A stretch of DNA of 59,435 nucleotides, taken from contig JAZTWT010000008.1 in NCBI GenBank assembly GCA_045636045.1, forward strand, positions 1-59,435, read 5' to 3'. The notes under the pieces were generated by a model that saw only the letters and a list, made by a program, of their open reading frames with translations, searched no databases and was not told where the DNA came from. The translations under genes and the position numbers were made by a program. The stretch is from Candidatus Enterousia sp. (GTDB lineage Bacteria > Pseudomonadota > Alphaproteobacteria > Rs-D84). Positions 48,601-56,189 of the stretch are shown piece after piece. Numbering within the stretch: position 1 is the stretch's first letter; every line of letters starts with the position of its first letter.

Positions 48601-49015
48601 CCACACTATACTGAAAACCAGCAGGACATTTATTTGGAATACCTGCTTCACAATAAAAACCTGTTTCGCATTTTTTTTGCTCAATAACGCCGATTTCCGA
48701 ACAATCCATACCATTCTGACACACATATCTACCAACCTCAACCGTTCCATCGTATAAATCACCACCTGGACAATAATATCCACGCGAACAATCTACCAAC
48801 TCCGTACCATTAAAGTACTTTCCAGCAGGGCATTCCTTGGATTCAATTTTTTTATACTGCGCAACAAAAGTAATATCTTCTGTATAAAGGAACTCTCCAA
48901 GAGAATCACCAGGCATATAAACAGTTGTCGCAAACGATTCGGACGCCCCGAACAACATCACCATAACAGACACAAAAAACACCAGAATCTTCGACATCAA
49001 GCGCTTACAATTCAT
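42671..49015 (-). CDS. Giant exported Cys-rich repeat protein with five InlB B-repeat (Flg_new)-like domains (2114 aa)
   Basis: Signal peptide ending SFA. Five Y.V...NGG...P...GY.F.GW...LYA.W modules and many CPAGSYCPGG-type repeats. Confidence 0.92.
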   Translation of the reverse strand: MNCKRLMSKILVFFVSVMVMLFGASESFATTVYMPGDSLGEFLYTEDITFVAQYKKIESKECPAGKYFNGTELVDCSRGYYCPGGDLYDGTVEVGRYVCQNGMDCSEIGVIEQKKCETGFYCEAGIPNKCPAGFQYSVEGSDSINDCYTVVEAGSYIAGVSGLVQCPAGSYCPGGMQVYYGDTAGRMLCEDLEYGNLTWNGNGLTGLGNVGPENCSASVVAGKFFDATAEKVVDCPVDTSSKYRTVSYEQAKNGRVLCEPCNEGYSTNGKTGASSCELVSYKVTLNANGGTIVGGSSANSMACSVESEDIVLPIPSKTGYAFKGWYQNSGLTGDSITHIAAGTCLSDYNLYAKWEAKTYVITLNHNGAEGGATSVVATYGELLPGAEMPTMEGHVFKGYYSEPEGGTQYYNMLGNPVKEWDVDSNMILYAQWMSDGNCEPGMYYDTGERKIKLCPAGSYCPGGEVDGVTCPIMDCPSDYNYSVEGAADIGQCYTSGGSCRCIKENPLCDGSSQGVNSCLYESRRFNGVKYYAEPDVCVAAPGSSDDTYCALQKVTCKSDYYYTNIGDFENGTCDLCSSFEDGEYDRSLTTAFFVPDSYNGVNACYKVVNLPCTEPVCPLPGTGTCSYDVGHEKTNGGYKFYGYSKVLPGAATAYMCPNASFTCNTGYDKNMSANIDPTDSVTDTSADELCTPHVYTVNLDANEGTFSGAAEKYVYQKYNTGWFNNSGATDEITALPVPTREYYTFVGYVTNSVAGSTDYAQVTDEKGRFISNEAKYKNALLTSDITLYARWKLNTYTVVYYGNGGTYEDAGVVKRTMEQSHVCTQSQELMLNEFTFDTNNREFLGWARTQTATVPEYTNGQSVVNLTAEEGARVELYAVWKNCTACAPGKGANCGMTAPKGVCTYSTSCSANYENLQNNGAYNPTCSPIKYNIEYYTNGGEISESFNQVAECTVESGAIVLPSANQIAREDYKFVGWYDNNNFSGSVITTLPAGTCTARKSVYAKWEINVEMCRPGKYYNGTSFVDCPKGYYCPGEGKVTIGVTGCRVACPAGYVDGGTGYDDASQCQINVPQGSYLATAESTKMTVCPAGKYTAAAIKVSFGNTSECSSCESGSYCTEGTKYSCAEETDDVFPSSVANSDAVDDCYTMTTKGSYIVGNIVKTCAAPYYCPGNKKVYYGNEGGSESCADLSDDVEWESAISSNGASTPDHCYVSVEDGYYWNGNSVMACAAGTYKTAHNVYYGQTSDCTSCPAGYKSESGASECYLVTEAGKYVAAPGQGQETCKVGDYCPGNVTVKVSGVGGNTSCATLGTGYTSVAGTKMADRCYKPCVVSAVQNAIQVNGNDYYGATVADTCKATLCDVGYTVLNGSCAVCAADHVCDPLKDSGKQYSCSELTGGVYTKSDAGNGSVDNCYLETEAGKYVAVAGAGQVQCSEDGYCPGGELVKYAATGGRVQCVAGYKSDAGAGKIEQCYTACALDKHATQMIGRDYYGDGADTCEATACESGYILAYGTCGSCPEDHVCDPDYDGGRPHKCSELTGDKYTKAPENTVSVDACYVMTKPGYYVQAAGQGEVKCKVGDYCLGGTKVLATGTGGNMACSTFGSGYTSDVGATVETECYQRCAMGDNATQMSGRDYYGSDANDTCGVTTCKAGYTLVSGVCEVCPADNVCSPVKDNGKPYTCSELTNGVYTRSDAGSGSIDDCYLVTDKGSYVAVAGFGQVLCAEDGYCAGGIKLMRTEIGGREVCPAGFDMADAGAESAQQCYTDCLNATNAIEMSGRDYYGKGKDTCKVELCQAGYTLSDGKCVLCPENNVCRPDVEGGAPKTCESLTNGTHVLSKVGSDEVSDCYVMCEPYDVEYGQAVQLSDTEFYPVQCRYKGVSVTGNPCNIVKGVCVETSCNYDYEMIAGKCSPCARDNAVSYKENGGNCVVESCVSGFHPNGQKCELNTVKCLLPNAVSAERVWNSAKQTFGECVALECEDGYHLGDNVCQADEQLCEVEHGVGIREWNHKMSKWGDCIATKCDPGYTNDRSQTNELWKQCGRCNNMYSAGGELAASSYVDGCEIASCMYDGEKYTLENNECILICDTYSDETGSRKWNASRNKCERTCSPGYMSW
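43472..45226 (-). repeat. Four ~146-aa coding super-repeats in ABAB order
   Basis: Each unit runs CY..T..G.YV...G.G...C...YC...G(R/N)DYYG...DTC....C..GY......C..C..(D/N).VC.P...C..LT. Units 1 and 3 have CKVGDYC; units 2 and 4 have CxEDGYC. Confidence 0.88.
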
Positions 49016-49155
49016 GTATTTACCCTCTCATTTAATACCAATCCTAGAAAAAAAATAGTGTTTTAAGCAAGTAAAAAATCACCCAAACACATATTAAAAT
49101 ACATCATGTATATACAGATATGACAAAGGTATTCTTAGACAACAAACCAAACAAC

Positions 49156-50274
49156 TTAACGATGTGATTTTTTTGTCAAAGAATTAAACATTTCATTAAA
49201 CAAAACATACACCCGTTCTAGTGCTGCATCACGCCATCTGCTATCTGACGGATACCAACTTTCCGTAAGATTCGCCCATGTTTGTTTATTAATTTTTCCG
49301 TAATTAATCAAATCATATCGGGCATCCCCCATATCCATCCGCTTATATATCGGTGACAATATTGGGAATTCTCCTGTACCAACTTCAAAATCTGCTGTAT
49401 ATACAGGCAAATCAATCCGCCCATAACGCATCTCCAGACAATCAACCAAATCCCCCAACAATGTCGGGCTATTTATTGCGGCCTCATCTGAAACAATACA
49501 TACATCCGGCAGCATCTCGGCAAAATATTTTGTATTTTTATGTAATTGCGGATGCGACACCATTAATTGCGATGTCACACGACCATTTTTCCTGTCAAAC
49601 CGTCCCAGTCCTGTATGCAAACCGACAGAAGTCAACGAGCGCGCACCACGCATAATCTCATCATAAATACCCAACGTCATTTTATTTTCCGTCATTGGGG
49701 CTGCACCACCATAAAACAAACCATACGGATATTCATACTGTCCATAACTAATTGCATCCCACACACCATCACGCAAATGTTTTTGACGAAAATCTTTGAT
49801 TGCATCCCTCTTTTTTATTGCATCGGGCTTTGACAACAATAAATCATGCGCCACAGAATATTTTAAATTTTGGGGCAGGGCATCCCTGTTGCTAAAATCA
49901 ACACCGAAATTACGGTTCAAATCAACCAGGCCACCACGCCTATTATCTATAACCTCACGCATACGATTTTGCATTCCCCATCCATTAATAACATGTATCA
50001 ATACAATCGTATAGTTATCTAATAATTTGCCCGACAATTTGTCTGCCATTTTATCCAGAAACATACATTGTGCGGCACTGCCAAAATACCCCTCGATACC
50101 ATGAACACCCGAATTAATTACAACCCGATTTTCACCATTACCAACAGTCAAATAAGGGATATCATAATCATGCCCTGGCGCCACACACCATTTCAATTCT
50201 CCACGACCACGGGCCATCTTGCAAAATTTATCAGTTGCCTGATACCAATTTTCCGAATAATAATCTTTTTTCAT
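49156..50274 (-). CDS. DUF2817 / M14-like zinc metallopeptidase family protein
   Basis: SGVHGIEGYFGSA (HxxE), VDLNRNF, GQY..P.GLFYGG and LHTGLG. Confidence 0.85.
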   Translation of the reverse strand: MKKDYYSENWYQATDKFCKMARGRGELKWCVAPGHDYDIPYLTVGNGENRVVINSGVHGIEGYFGSAAQCMFLDKMADKLSGKLLDNYTIVLIHVINGWGMQNRMREVIDNRRGGLVDLNRNFGVDFSNRDALPQNLKYSVAHDLLLSKPDAIKKRDAIKDFRQKHLRDGVWDAISYGQYEYPYGLFYGGAAPMTENKMTLGIYDEIMRGARSLTSVGLHTGLGRFDRKNGRVTSQLMVSHPQLHKNTKYFAEMLPDVCIVSDEAAINSPTLLGDLVDCLEMRYGRIDLPVYTADFEVGTGEFPILSPIYKRMDMGDARYDLINYGKINKQTWANLTESWYPSDSRWRDAALERVYVLFNEMFNSLTKKSHR

Positions 50275-50316
50275 CTGTGTGCCTTTGGTTTATTCTCTCT
50301 CCGCAGGCTCATTACA

Positions 50317-51108
50317 CTACATAACTTTACCCTGGGTTGGATAAAAAGTTAATTGAATCTTTTCCCACTTTGAAAAATCTTTTGCTGGCAACATACGCAA
50401 TGGCTGACAACGATTAATTGCATCGCGAATTGTCTGCAACACATACGCAAAGGCCGTATCTGTTTCTTCTCGCGCCTGTGATTCAAACCATACATCACGA
50501 ACCGTTCCATTTTTACGCATTGTCAAATGCGCTACTGCACGAATATCGGCAATATCTGGTCGTGCAGAATCAACAACCCAACAACGTGTCATCGCAACAC
50601 GCAACGCATCAACAACCGACACCGTCAACGTTCTATCCAGTGATAAAACCTCGCGATTAACACGTACAACCTTGCGTTTTTTTGGGGCAGGGGCAGGCTC
50701 AACCGGCTTAGATTCCGATTGTTTTTCTTCCTGTTCTTTCTCTTCTTTTTTTTCTTCTACCTCAATCTTTGGTTCTGGCTTTGGCTCTTCCACCAGTGTT
50801 GGTTGTTCGATTTTTTCGGGTTCGGCATCTGCCTTTACTTCTTCTATATCAGGTTTGGCAACGGGGGCTGTTTTTTCTGCCTTAGGCTTTGATTCTGCTA
50901 CATTACCAATATTATACAATTTTGTTTCTTCCACAGAAACTACTACATCGTTTAAGTCTATTTCCATAATCTGAATACGATCAGGCGCAACTAATTTAGC
51001 ACGATTTACCACAACAACAAATGATGTTATCATAATCGCCACCAGCAACAAATGTCCACCCAGTGATATTAAAAAATTTTCCGATGAAAACAAATTAAAC
51101 TTTGCCAT
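50317..51108 (-). CDS. tolA: TolA/TonB-like energy transducer
   Basis: TM helix with SxxxH (SLGGH), Pro/Glu/Lys-rich linker, C-terminal RCW...AI.RC.PL...W..I.LTF.P; follows tolQ and tolR. Confidence 0.8.
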   Translation of the reverse strand: MAKFNLFSSENFLISLGGHLLLVAIMITSFVVVVNRAKLVAPDRIQIMEIDLNDVVVSVEETKLYNIGNVAESKPKAEKTAPVAKPDIEEVKADAEPEKIEQPTLVEEPKPEPKIEVEEKKEEKEQEEKQSESKPVEPAPAPKKRKVVRVNREVLSLDRTLTVSVVDALRVAMTRCWVVDSARPDIADIRAVAHLTMRKNGTVRDVWFESQAREETDTAFAYVLQTIRDAINRCQPLRMLPAKDFSKWEKIQLTFYPTQGKVM

Positions 51109-51111
51109 ATC

Positions 51112-51510
51112 TTACTCTGGTTGTGTACGCAGTCCAACTTTTTGGAAACCCGCATCTTTTAATTTTCCCATCATGGACATCACCGCGCCATAATCCGCAT
51201 GTGTATCACCACTTATCATAATGGTTAAATTTGGGTTTTCTCCACGCATTGCAATCGCACGTTTTACAACCTCGTCCCGGGGCAATTCCATTTCGGCCAA
51301 GAAATAGTGTCCTTTGGAATCCACACTGATTTGAATTGCATGATCATTACCTGTCATCGCAGATGCGCCTGCACGTGGCAATTCTAAATCTATTCCCGTT
51401 GTCATCATCGGGGTTGTCACCATAAACACCGCCAACAACACCGTCATAACATCAATCATTGGCGTTAATTGAATCAAAGAATCCGTATTTCTGCGTCTTA
51501 ATCTGGACAT
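51112..51510 (-). CDS. tolR: TolR/ExbD family protein
   Basis: LTPMIDVMTVLL..FMVT.P, GD....YG.V...M..L..AG...VGL.T. Confidence 0.9.
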   Translation of the reverse strand: MSRLRRRNTDSLIQLTPMIDVMTVLLAVFMVTTPMMTTGIDLELPRAGASAMTGNDHAIQISVDSKGHYFLAEMELPRDEVVKRAIAMRGENPNLTIMISGDTHADYGAVMSMMGKLKDAGFQKVGLRTQPE

Positions 51511-51521
51511 TTATAACACCA

Positions 51522-52001
51522 TCATTTCTGATTTTTAACTTCTTTGCACGCACATTCCAATCGCTCATACAAATCATCTGATTTTTTTGTAAAATACTGT
51601 TGTGCAATCGCAGCAGGAATCGCCGCAATCAATCCCAAAGCAGTCGTCCCCAGCGCCGCCGCCAAACCTGGGGCAATAACACCTATACTGACCGACTGGT
51701 TAATACCAATTGCTGCGAACGAATCCATAACACCCCACACGGTTCCAAACAAACCAATAAAAGGCGATATATACGCAACCATTGACAAGAACCACAAATT
51801 CCTGTCAAATGGACGAATAAAAATATCAATATTATCCTCTGGTTTCATCTTCATCGGCATTCTTTTTTGTGCGCGCCACAAACGAATTTTTTCAACAATC
51901 ACCGCCCACGACATAACACTAAAAATCACCAAGACCACTGATGCCAACACGGTCATCCAATCTCCTGTAAACAAACTTAATAATGAAAAATTACCTTCCA
52001 T
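51522..52001 (-). CDS. tolQ: TolQ/ExbB/MotA proton-channel protein (short form)
   Basis: S..SWAVI, SPFIGLFGTVWGVM.SF, IAPGLA.AL.TTALGL.AAIPA. Confidence 0.88.
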   Translation of the reverse strand: MEGNFSLLSLFTGDWMTVLASVVLVIFSVMSWAVIVEKIRLWRAQKRMPMKMKPEDNIDIFIRPFDRNLWFLSMVAYISPFIGLFGTVWGVMDSFAAIGINQSVSIGVIAPGLAAALGTTALGLIAAIPAAIAQQYFTKKSDDLYERLECACKEVKNQK

Positions 52002-52018
52002 CTCTTTTACCCCCTTAT

Positions 52019-52396
52019 TTACATTAAATCTGAAACAAAATCTTCTGGAATCCTTTTTGGACGCATATCTGCCCCCAAATAAGCCACCTTAAGGTTGATT
52101 ATAGCACAAACAACATTGTCTTTCACGAACTTTTGTTCTACACGCACAATCGCCGCGCCAACATCGACCATCTGTGTCTCTACGACAAAATCATCTGCAA
52201 CCTTTAGTGGCTGAAGATACTTTATATTCAATTCACGAACAACAAAGCCAATATCATCACCCACATTTAATTTACCACACAGCCAATTCATACGCGCACG
52301 TTCTGCGATTTCCAGATATCGCGCGTGATAAACTATCCCTTCGGCATCTGTATCCGCATATGCAATCGAAAATGGAAATATATGCACCTTACTCAT
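52019..52396 (-). CDS. ybgC: YbgC/FadM family acyl-CoA thioesterase
   Basis: Y.DTDAEGIVYHARYL..AERAR; immediately upstream of tolQ. Confidence 0.9.
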   Translation of the reverse strand: MSKVHIFPFSIAYADTDAEGIVYHARYLEIAERARMNWLCGKLNVGDDIGFVVRELNIKYLQPLKVADDFVVETQMVDVGAAIVRVEQKFVKDNVVCAIINLKVAYLGADMRPKRIPEDFVSDLM

Positions 52397-52399
52397 ATT

Positions 52400-52825
52400 C
52401 TAATCCAATACCTTTATATCAACACTGACTGTTCCAGCGCCAATCATATCTAACCTTTCTGCGGCGGCACGCGACAGATCAATTATGCGTCCGTTAACAA
52501 ACGGACCGCGATCATTTATTACAACATCTACTTTTTTACCATTTGATTTGTTTTTTACCTGAACCCGTGTTCCAAACGGCAGTGTCTTATGTGCAGCGGT
52601 CATTTTGTTCTGATTATACGTTTCACCACTGGCTGTTTTACGACCATGAAACTTTTTACCATACCACGACGCAGTACCTGTCTCCACAAAACCTTCGACA
52701 TTTTCCAACGGATAATACGTGTTCCCAGAAACAATATATGGCCGTGTCGTATTTTTATACACAACATCTGATGCACATCCCACCAGAAACACCAACACAA
52801 TAAAGCACATCACAAATCGAAACAT
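52400..52825 (-). CDS. rlpA: RlpA-family septal lytic transglycosylase lipoprotein (DPBB domain only)
   Basis: Lipobox LVGC; GTASWYG, TASGE, TAAHKTLPFGT, INDRGPF, RIIDLS; no SPOR domain. Confidence 0.92.
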   Translation of the reverse strand: MFRFVMCFIVLVFLVGCASDVVYKNTTRPYIVSGNTYYPLENVEGFVETGTASWYGKKFHGRKTASGETYNQNKMTAAHKTLPFGTRVQVKNKSNGKKVDVVINDRGPFVNGRIIDLSRAAAERLDMIGAGTVSVDIKVLD

Positions 52826-53815
52826 TTATTTTTCCAGCCCTAAATGTTTATACCCCATTTCGGTAATAACACGCCCACGCGGAGTACGTTGAACAAATCC
52901 CAACTGCATCAAATATGGTTCAATAACATCTTCAATTGTGTCAGACGGTTCAGACAATGCAGCTGCCAGATTTTCAATTCCAACCGGCCCACCAGCATAA
53001 AATTTAATAATCGTATTCATATACTCACGATCAATCTCGTCCAAACCGCATTCATCAATATGCAACTGAAACAAAGTTGTCTTAATCGTATCCGCAGTAA
53101 TATGATTTCCGCCCAAAGCCGTTGCAAAATCACGTGCCCGTTTTAACAGTCGATTGGCAATTCGCGGCGTTCCACGTGCAGACCGCGCCAACATCAATGC
53201 ACCATCTGCATCAATCGGCGTTCCCAAAATATTGGCACTGCGCTGGATAATACGCGCTAAATCTTCTGGCGAATAAAACGTCAAACGCAAATCGATTCCA
53301 AACCTGTCACGCAACGGATTTGATAACAAACCAGTACGTGTCGTCGCCCCAACCAATGTAAACGGTGGCAAATCAATACGAACACTCTTTGCGCTTGGCC
53401 CTTCGCCTAACATAATATCCAACTTAAAGTCTTCCATTGCAGAATACAAGACTTCCTCGATTGCTGTCGGCAAACGATGAATTTCATCAATGAACAAAAC
53501 ATCCATCGGTTCCAACGCCGTCAATATAGCAGCCAAATCCCCCTGTTTGGTCAACATAGGCGCCGCTGTTGCGCGAAAATTAGTCCCCAATTCATTCGCA
53601 ACAATATGTGCCAATGTTGTTTTTCCTAATCCTGGGGGGCCATACAACAACACATGATCCATTGCTTCACGACGACTGCGTGCACCAGACACAAAAACAG
53701 ACAAATTCTGCTTTAAACTCTCGTGCCCAATAAAATCTGACAATGTCCGCGGACGAATTGTTGCCGCCATATCATCAGGTATATTTGCATCTAAAAAACG
53801 TTCTTTATTTTGCAT
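52826..53815 (-). CDS. ruvB: Holliday junction branch migration helicase
   Basis: [41 protein letters not shown] and RTPRGR. Confidence 0.97.
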   Translation of the reverse strand: MQNKERFLDANIPDDMAATIRPRTLSDFIGHESLKQNLSVFVSGARSRREAMDHVLLYGPPGLGKTTLAHIVANELGTNFRATAAPMLTKQGDLAAILTALEPMDVLFIDEIHRLPTAIEEVLYSAMEDFKLDIMLGEGPSAKSVRIDLPPFTLVGATTRTGLLSNPLRDRFGIDLRLTFYSPEDLARIIQRSANILGTPIDADGALMLARSARGTPRIANRLLKRARDFATALGGNHITADTIKTTLFQLHIDECGLDEIDREYMNTIIKFYAGGPVGIENLAAALSEPSDTIEDVIEPYLMQLGFVQRTPRGRVITEMGYKHLGLEK

Positions 53816-53818
53816 AGT

Positions 53819-54478
53819 TTACAACAACTTATCTTCGGCATTTTCACGTCCAACATACGCCTTTAAATCATTATACATTTGGCGTAAATCTGCAGGCTGG
53901 CTGTACGTTGAATCTGCACCACGAACTCGAATTGTTTCCAAATCAATTTGTGCCTGTTTTTTTAACACCTGGGTTAGATGCGGCGCGAATGCACGTGCCT
54001 CGTCAGACTCCATAGCTCCCTGCAACAACAGTCCACGATTTGGCCGTGGTGACAAGAACGCAAAATCAGAAACAGATGAATCTGGTGACACTAATGCAAA
54101 CCCGGACACCTCTGGCCTGCGCATCATCGCCTGCAAAACATACCATGCCCCCAACTGATGTCCCGCCAGCCAGATTTTATCACTATCTTCATTATGATTC
54201 TGAATCCAATCAATCACAGTCGCTATATCCAGCATATTTTCCGCAGTTGTTCCAATTACACCTTCGGAATCGCCAACCCCACGATAATTAAACCGCACGA
54301 CCGAAAAACCAATATCCATAAAAGCACGAAACATTGCATATGAAACACGATCATTCATATGATATTTCTGACGTGGATTCCCAGACAGAATTACCGCCAA
54401 AGGCGCTGCCTCTTGTGCAGACTTGTGATAAACCGCGTGCAACTTACCAGATTCTCCGGAAATAATTAAATCAACCAT
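53819..54478 (-). CDS. Alpha/beta-hydrolase-fold protein, probably catalytically inactive
   Basis: GF.V.RFNYRGVGDSEG, D....DW, W.AG..GAW...Q..MRRPE..GF, FAFL.P match the conserved alphaproteobacterial family, but the catalytic motifs are altered. Confidence 0.8.
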   Translation of the reverse strand: MVDLIISGESGKLHAVYHKSAQEAAPLAVILSGNPRQKYHMNDRVSYAMFRAFMDIGFSVVRFNYRGVGDSEGVIGTTAENMLDIATVIDWIQNHNEDSDKIWLAGHQLGAWYVLQAMMRRPEVSGFALVSPDSSVSDFAFLSPRPNRGLLLQGAMESDEARAFAPHLTQVLKKQAQIDLETIRVRGADSTYSQPADLRQMYNDLKAYVGRENAEDKLL

Positions 54479-54613
54479 TACTTTCCACCTTTCTTTATTT
54501 TAATTCTTTACAAACTTAGAACAAACGCCAAACAAATTTCAATAAAAAATTTTCACTTTACACAAATATCTAAAATGTTCTAAGATTTACCCGAGAGAAC
54601 CAAAGGTCAAATC

Positions 54614-55534
54614 ATGCTAAAACCATTATCTATTGCGTTATTTATTGTTTTTTGCGGTTTTTCTGCCTATTCGGCTGATCAGGCGACATCCCAAGATTTC
54701 CAAACAATATACACGCAAACACCTGTACAGTCATACTATGCATACCCCGAAGACCCGAATTTTATCCCAGAATCAGAATTCATGATGCGCGCAGACAGCC
54801 TGGATTATGACCAAAACATTGAAACTGCACGCGCCGAAGAATCTGCCCAACACCCTGGTGTAATGTTTGCTGAACGACCAATGGTAATTTGTCGCAACTT
54901 TGGGTGCACTCGCCTGAACGAACGTATTACACGTTCATTCCTGTTCAACAGTTTAACAAACATGTTTTTGATGAACGCACATTCACGCGTATATATCTGC
55001 GAGGCTGATCCATTCTCACGCGATTGCCTGCAATCTGGCATTTCATTCCCCGTACGCAGCGGCATTGCAAACGCCATGGTTAAAATCCCCAAGGCAACCA
55101 TTTCACAGGTCAGCACCTCAACCGGTCTGTCCAAGGCAACTGTTGGCATGACTTACGAATTCTTAGTAAACGGAATCGATCGCGTTTGCGAACCAACCGT
55201 AATGGACATTGTTGTTCCCGTTAATTCCGAGGCATTACTATCAAATCGTGAATTTGCCTGCAACATGACCAGTGACGGCGTCAGCAGCGTTTCACTAATA
55301 CTCAGCATTGACTACATAGATCTGGATTATGGAATCATTGGTGGATATTATTCCTTAGGAATGCAAGGACCAACAACTGGTGGCGGCACAGGATATGCGC
55401 TGTTTAAAACAGAATTCGCAACAGGTGGCATGCAATTCCGCGCCGCTGTCTACGAAGAAGATATGATGGGCGCAAACAATGCAATGCGCACAATACAACC
55501 TGGCGAATATGCCGTTGAACCATTGAACAAATAA
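54614..55534 (+). CDS. Exported hypothetical protein, first gene of the two-component operon
   Basis: Signal peptide ending AYS and six Cys in the mature part. Its stop directly abuts the ATG of the response regulator. Confidence 0.82.
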   Translation: MLKPLSIALFIVFCGFSAYSADQATSQDFQTIYTQTPVQSYYAYPEDPNFIPESEFMMRADSLDYDQNIETARAEESAQHPGVMFAERPMVICRNFGCTRLNERITRSFLFNSLTNMFLMNAHSRVYICEADPFSRDCLQSGISFPVRSGIANAMVKIPKATISQVSTSTGLSKATVGMTYEFLVNGIDRVCEPTVMDIVVPVNSEALLSNREFACNMTSDGVSSVSLILSIDYIDLDYGIIGGYYSLGMQGPTTGGGTGYALFKTEFATGGMQFRAAVYEEDMMGANNAMRTIQPGEYAVEPLNK

Positions 55535-56185
55535 ATGTACAGAACAATTTTAATTGTTGATGACGATGATATATTGCGCAATACACTGGCACGTGGATTG
55601 CGCAATGATGGTTTTTATGTATTAACCGCAGAATCTGCGGAAAATGCCACAGAGATTTTAAACCGCATTACAGTCGATGCAATCGTCTTGGACAGAATGA
55701 TGGGCGGCATGGACGGTCTGACGTTTCTAAAAAAGATACGCACATCTGGAAATCAAACACCAACCATAATGCTGACCGCAATGACAGGGGCAGAAAACGC
55801 GATTGACGGTCTATCGAGCGGCGCAAACGACTATCTGGCAAAACCCTTTCAAATTCGCGAATTAATTCTACGTTTGAACAATATTATCAAAGACAATAAT
55901 ATCAACAATAATGAAATGCCAATCGGACTGGCGTTTATAAATGACGACTTTTTCACAAAAAACGGCACAAACCAACAAATATTGCCGTTGTCCGGCGAAG
56001 AAAAAAAATTACTGCAAAATTTAACCCATCCAATCGGCAACATTGTGCCGGCAGCACCAATGGTTGCAAAACGCTTGCGCAACAAATTAAATGTTGTATT
56101 ATCTAATTTGGATATAATAACAATCCGGGGGCAGGGCTATAAATTAATAGATCTGCACAATACCCCCGAACAACAAAAACGGTAA
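55535..56185 (+). CDS. OmpR-family response regulator
   Basis: ILIVDDD, VLDRMM, MLTA, GANDYLAKPF; C-terminal RLRNKL...ITIRGQGYKL. Confidence 0.92.
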   Translation: MYRTILIVDDDDILRNTLARGLRNDGFYVLTAESAENATEILNRITVDAIVLDRMMGGMDGLTFLKKIRTSGNQTPTIMLTAMTGAENAIDGLSSGANDYLAKPFQIRELILRLNNIIKDNNINNNEMPIGLAFINDDFFTKNGTNQQILPLSGEEKKLLQNLTHPIGNIVPAAPMVAKRLRNKLNVVLSNLDIITIRGQGYKLIDLHNTPEQQKR

Positions 56186-56189
56186 AAAA

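Noticed and set aside
42613-48783. Numerous His/Thr-rich plus-strand ORFs opposite the giant gene (and similar shadow ORFs elsewhere)
   Set aside because: They are antisense or alternate-frame shadows of a long biased-codon CDS, with no independent signals.
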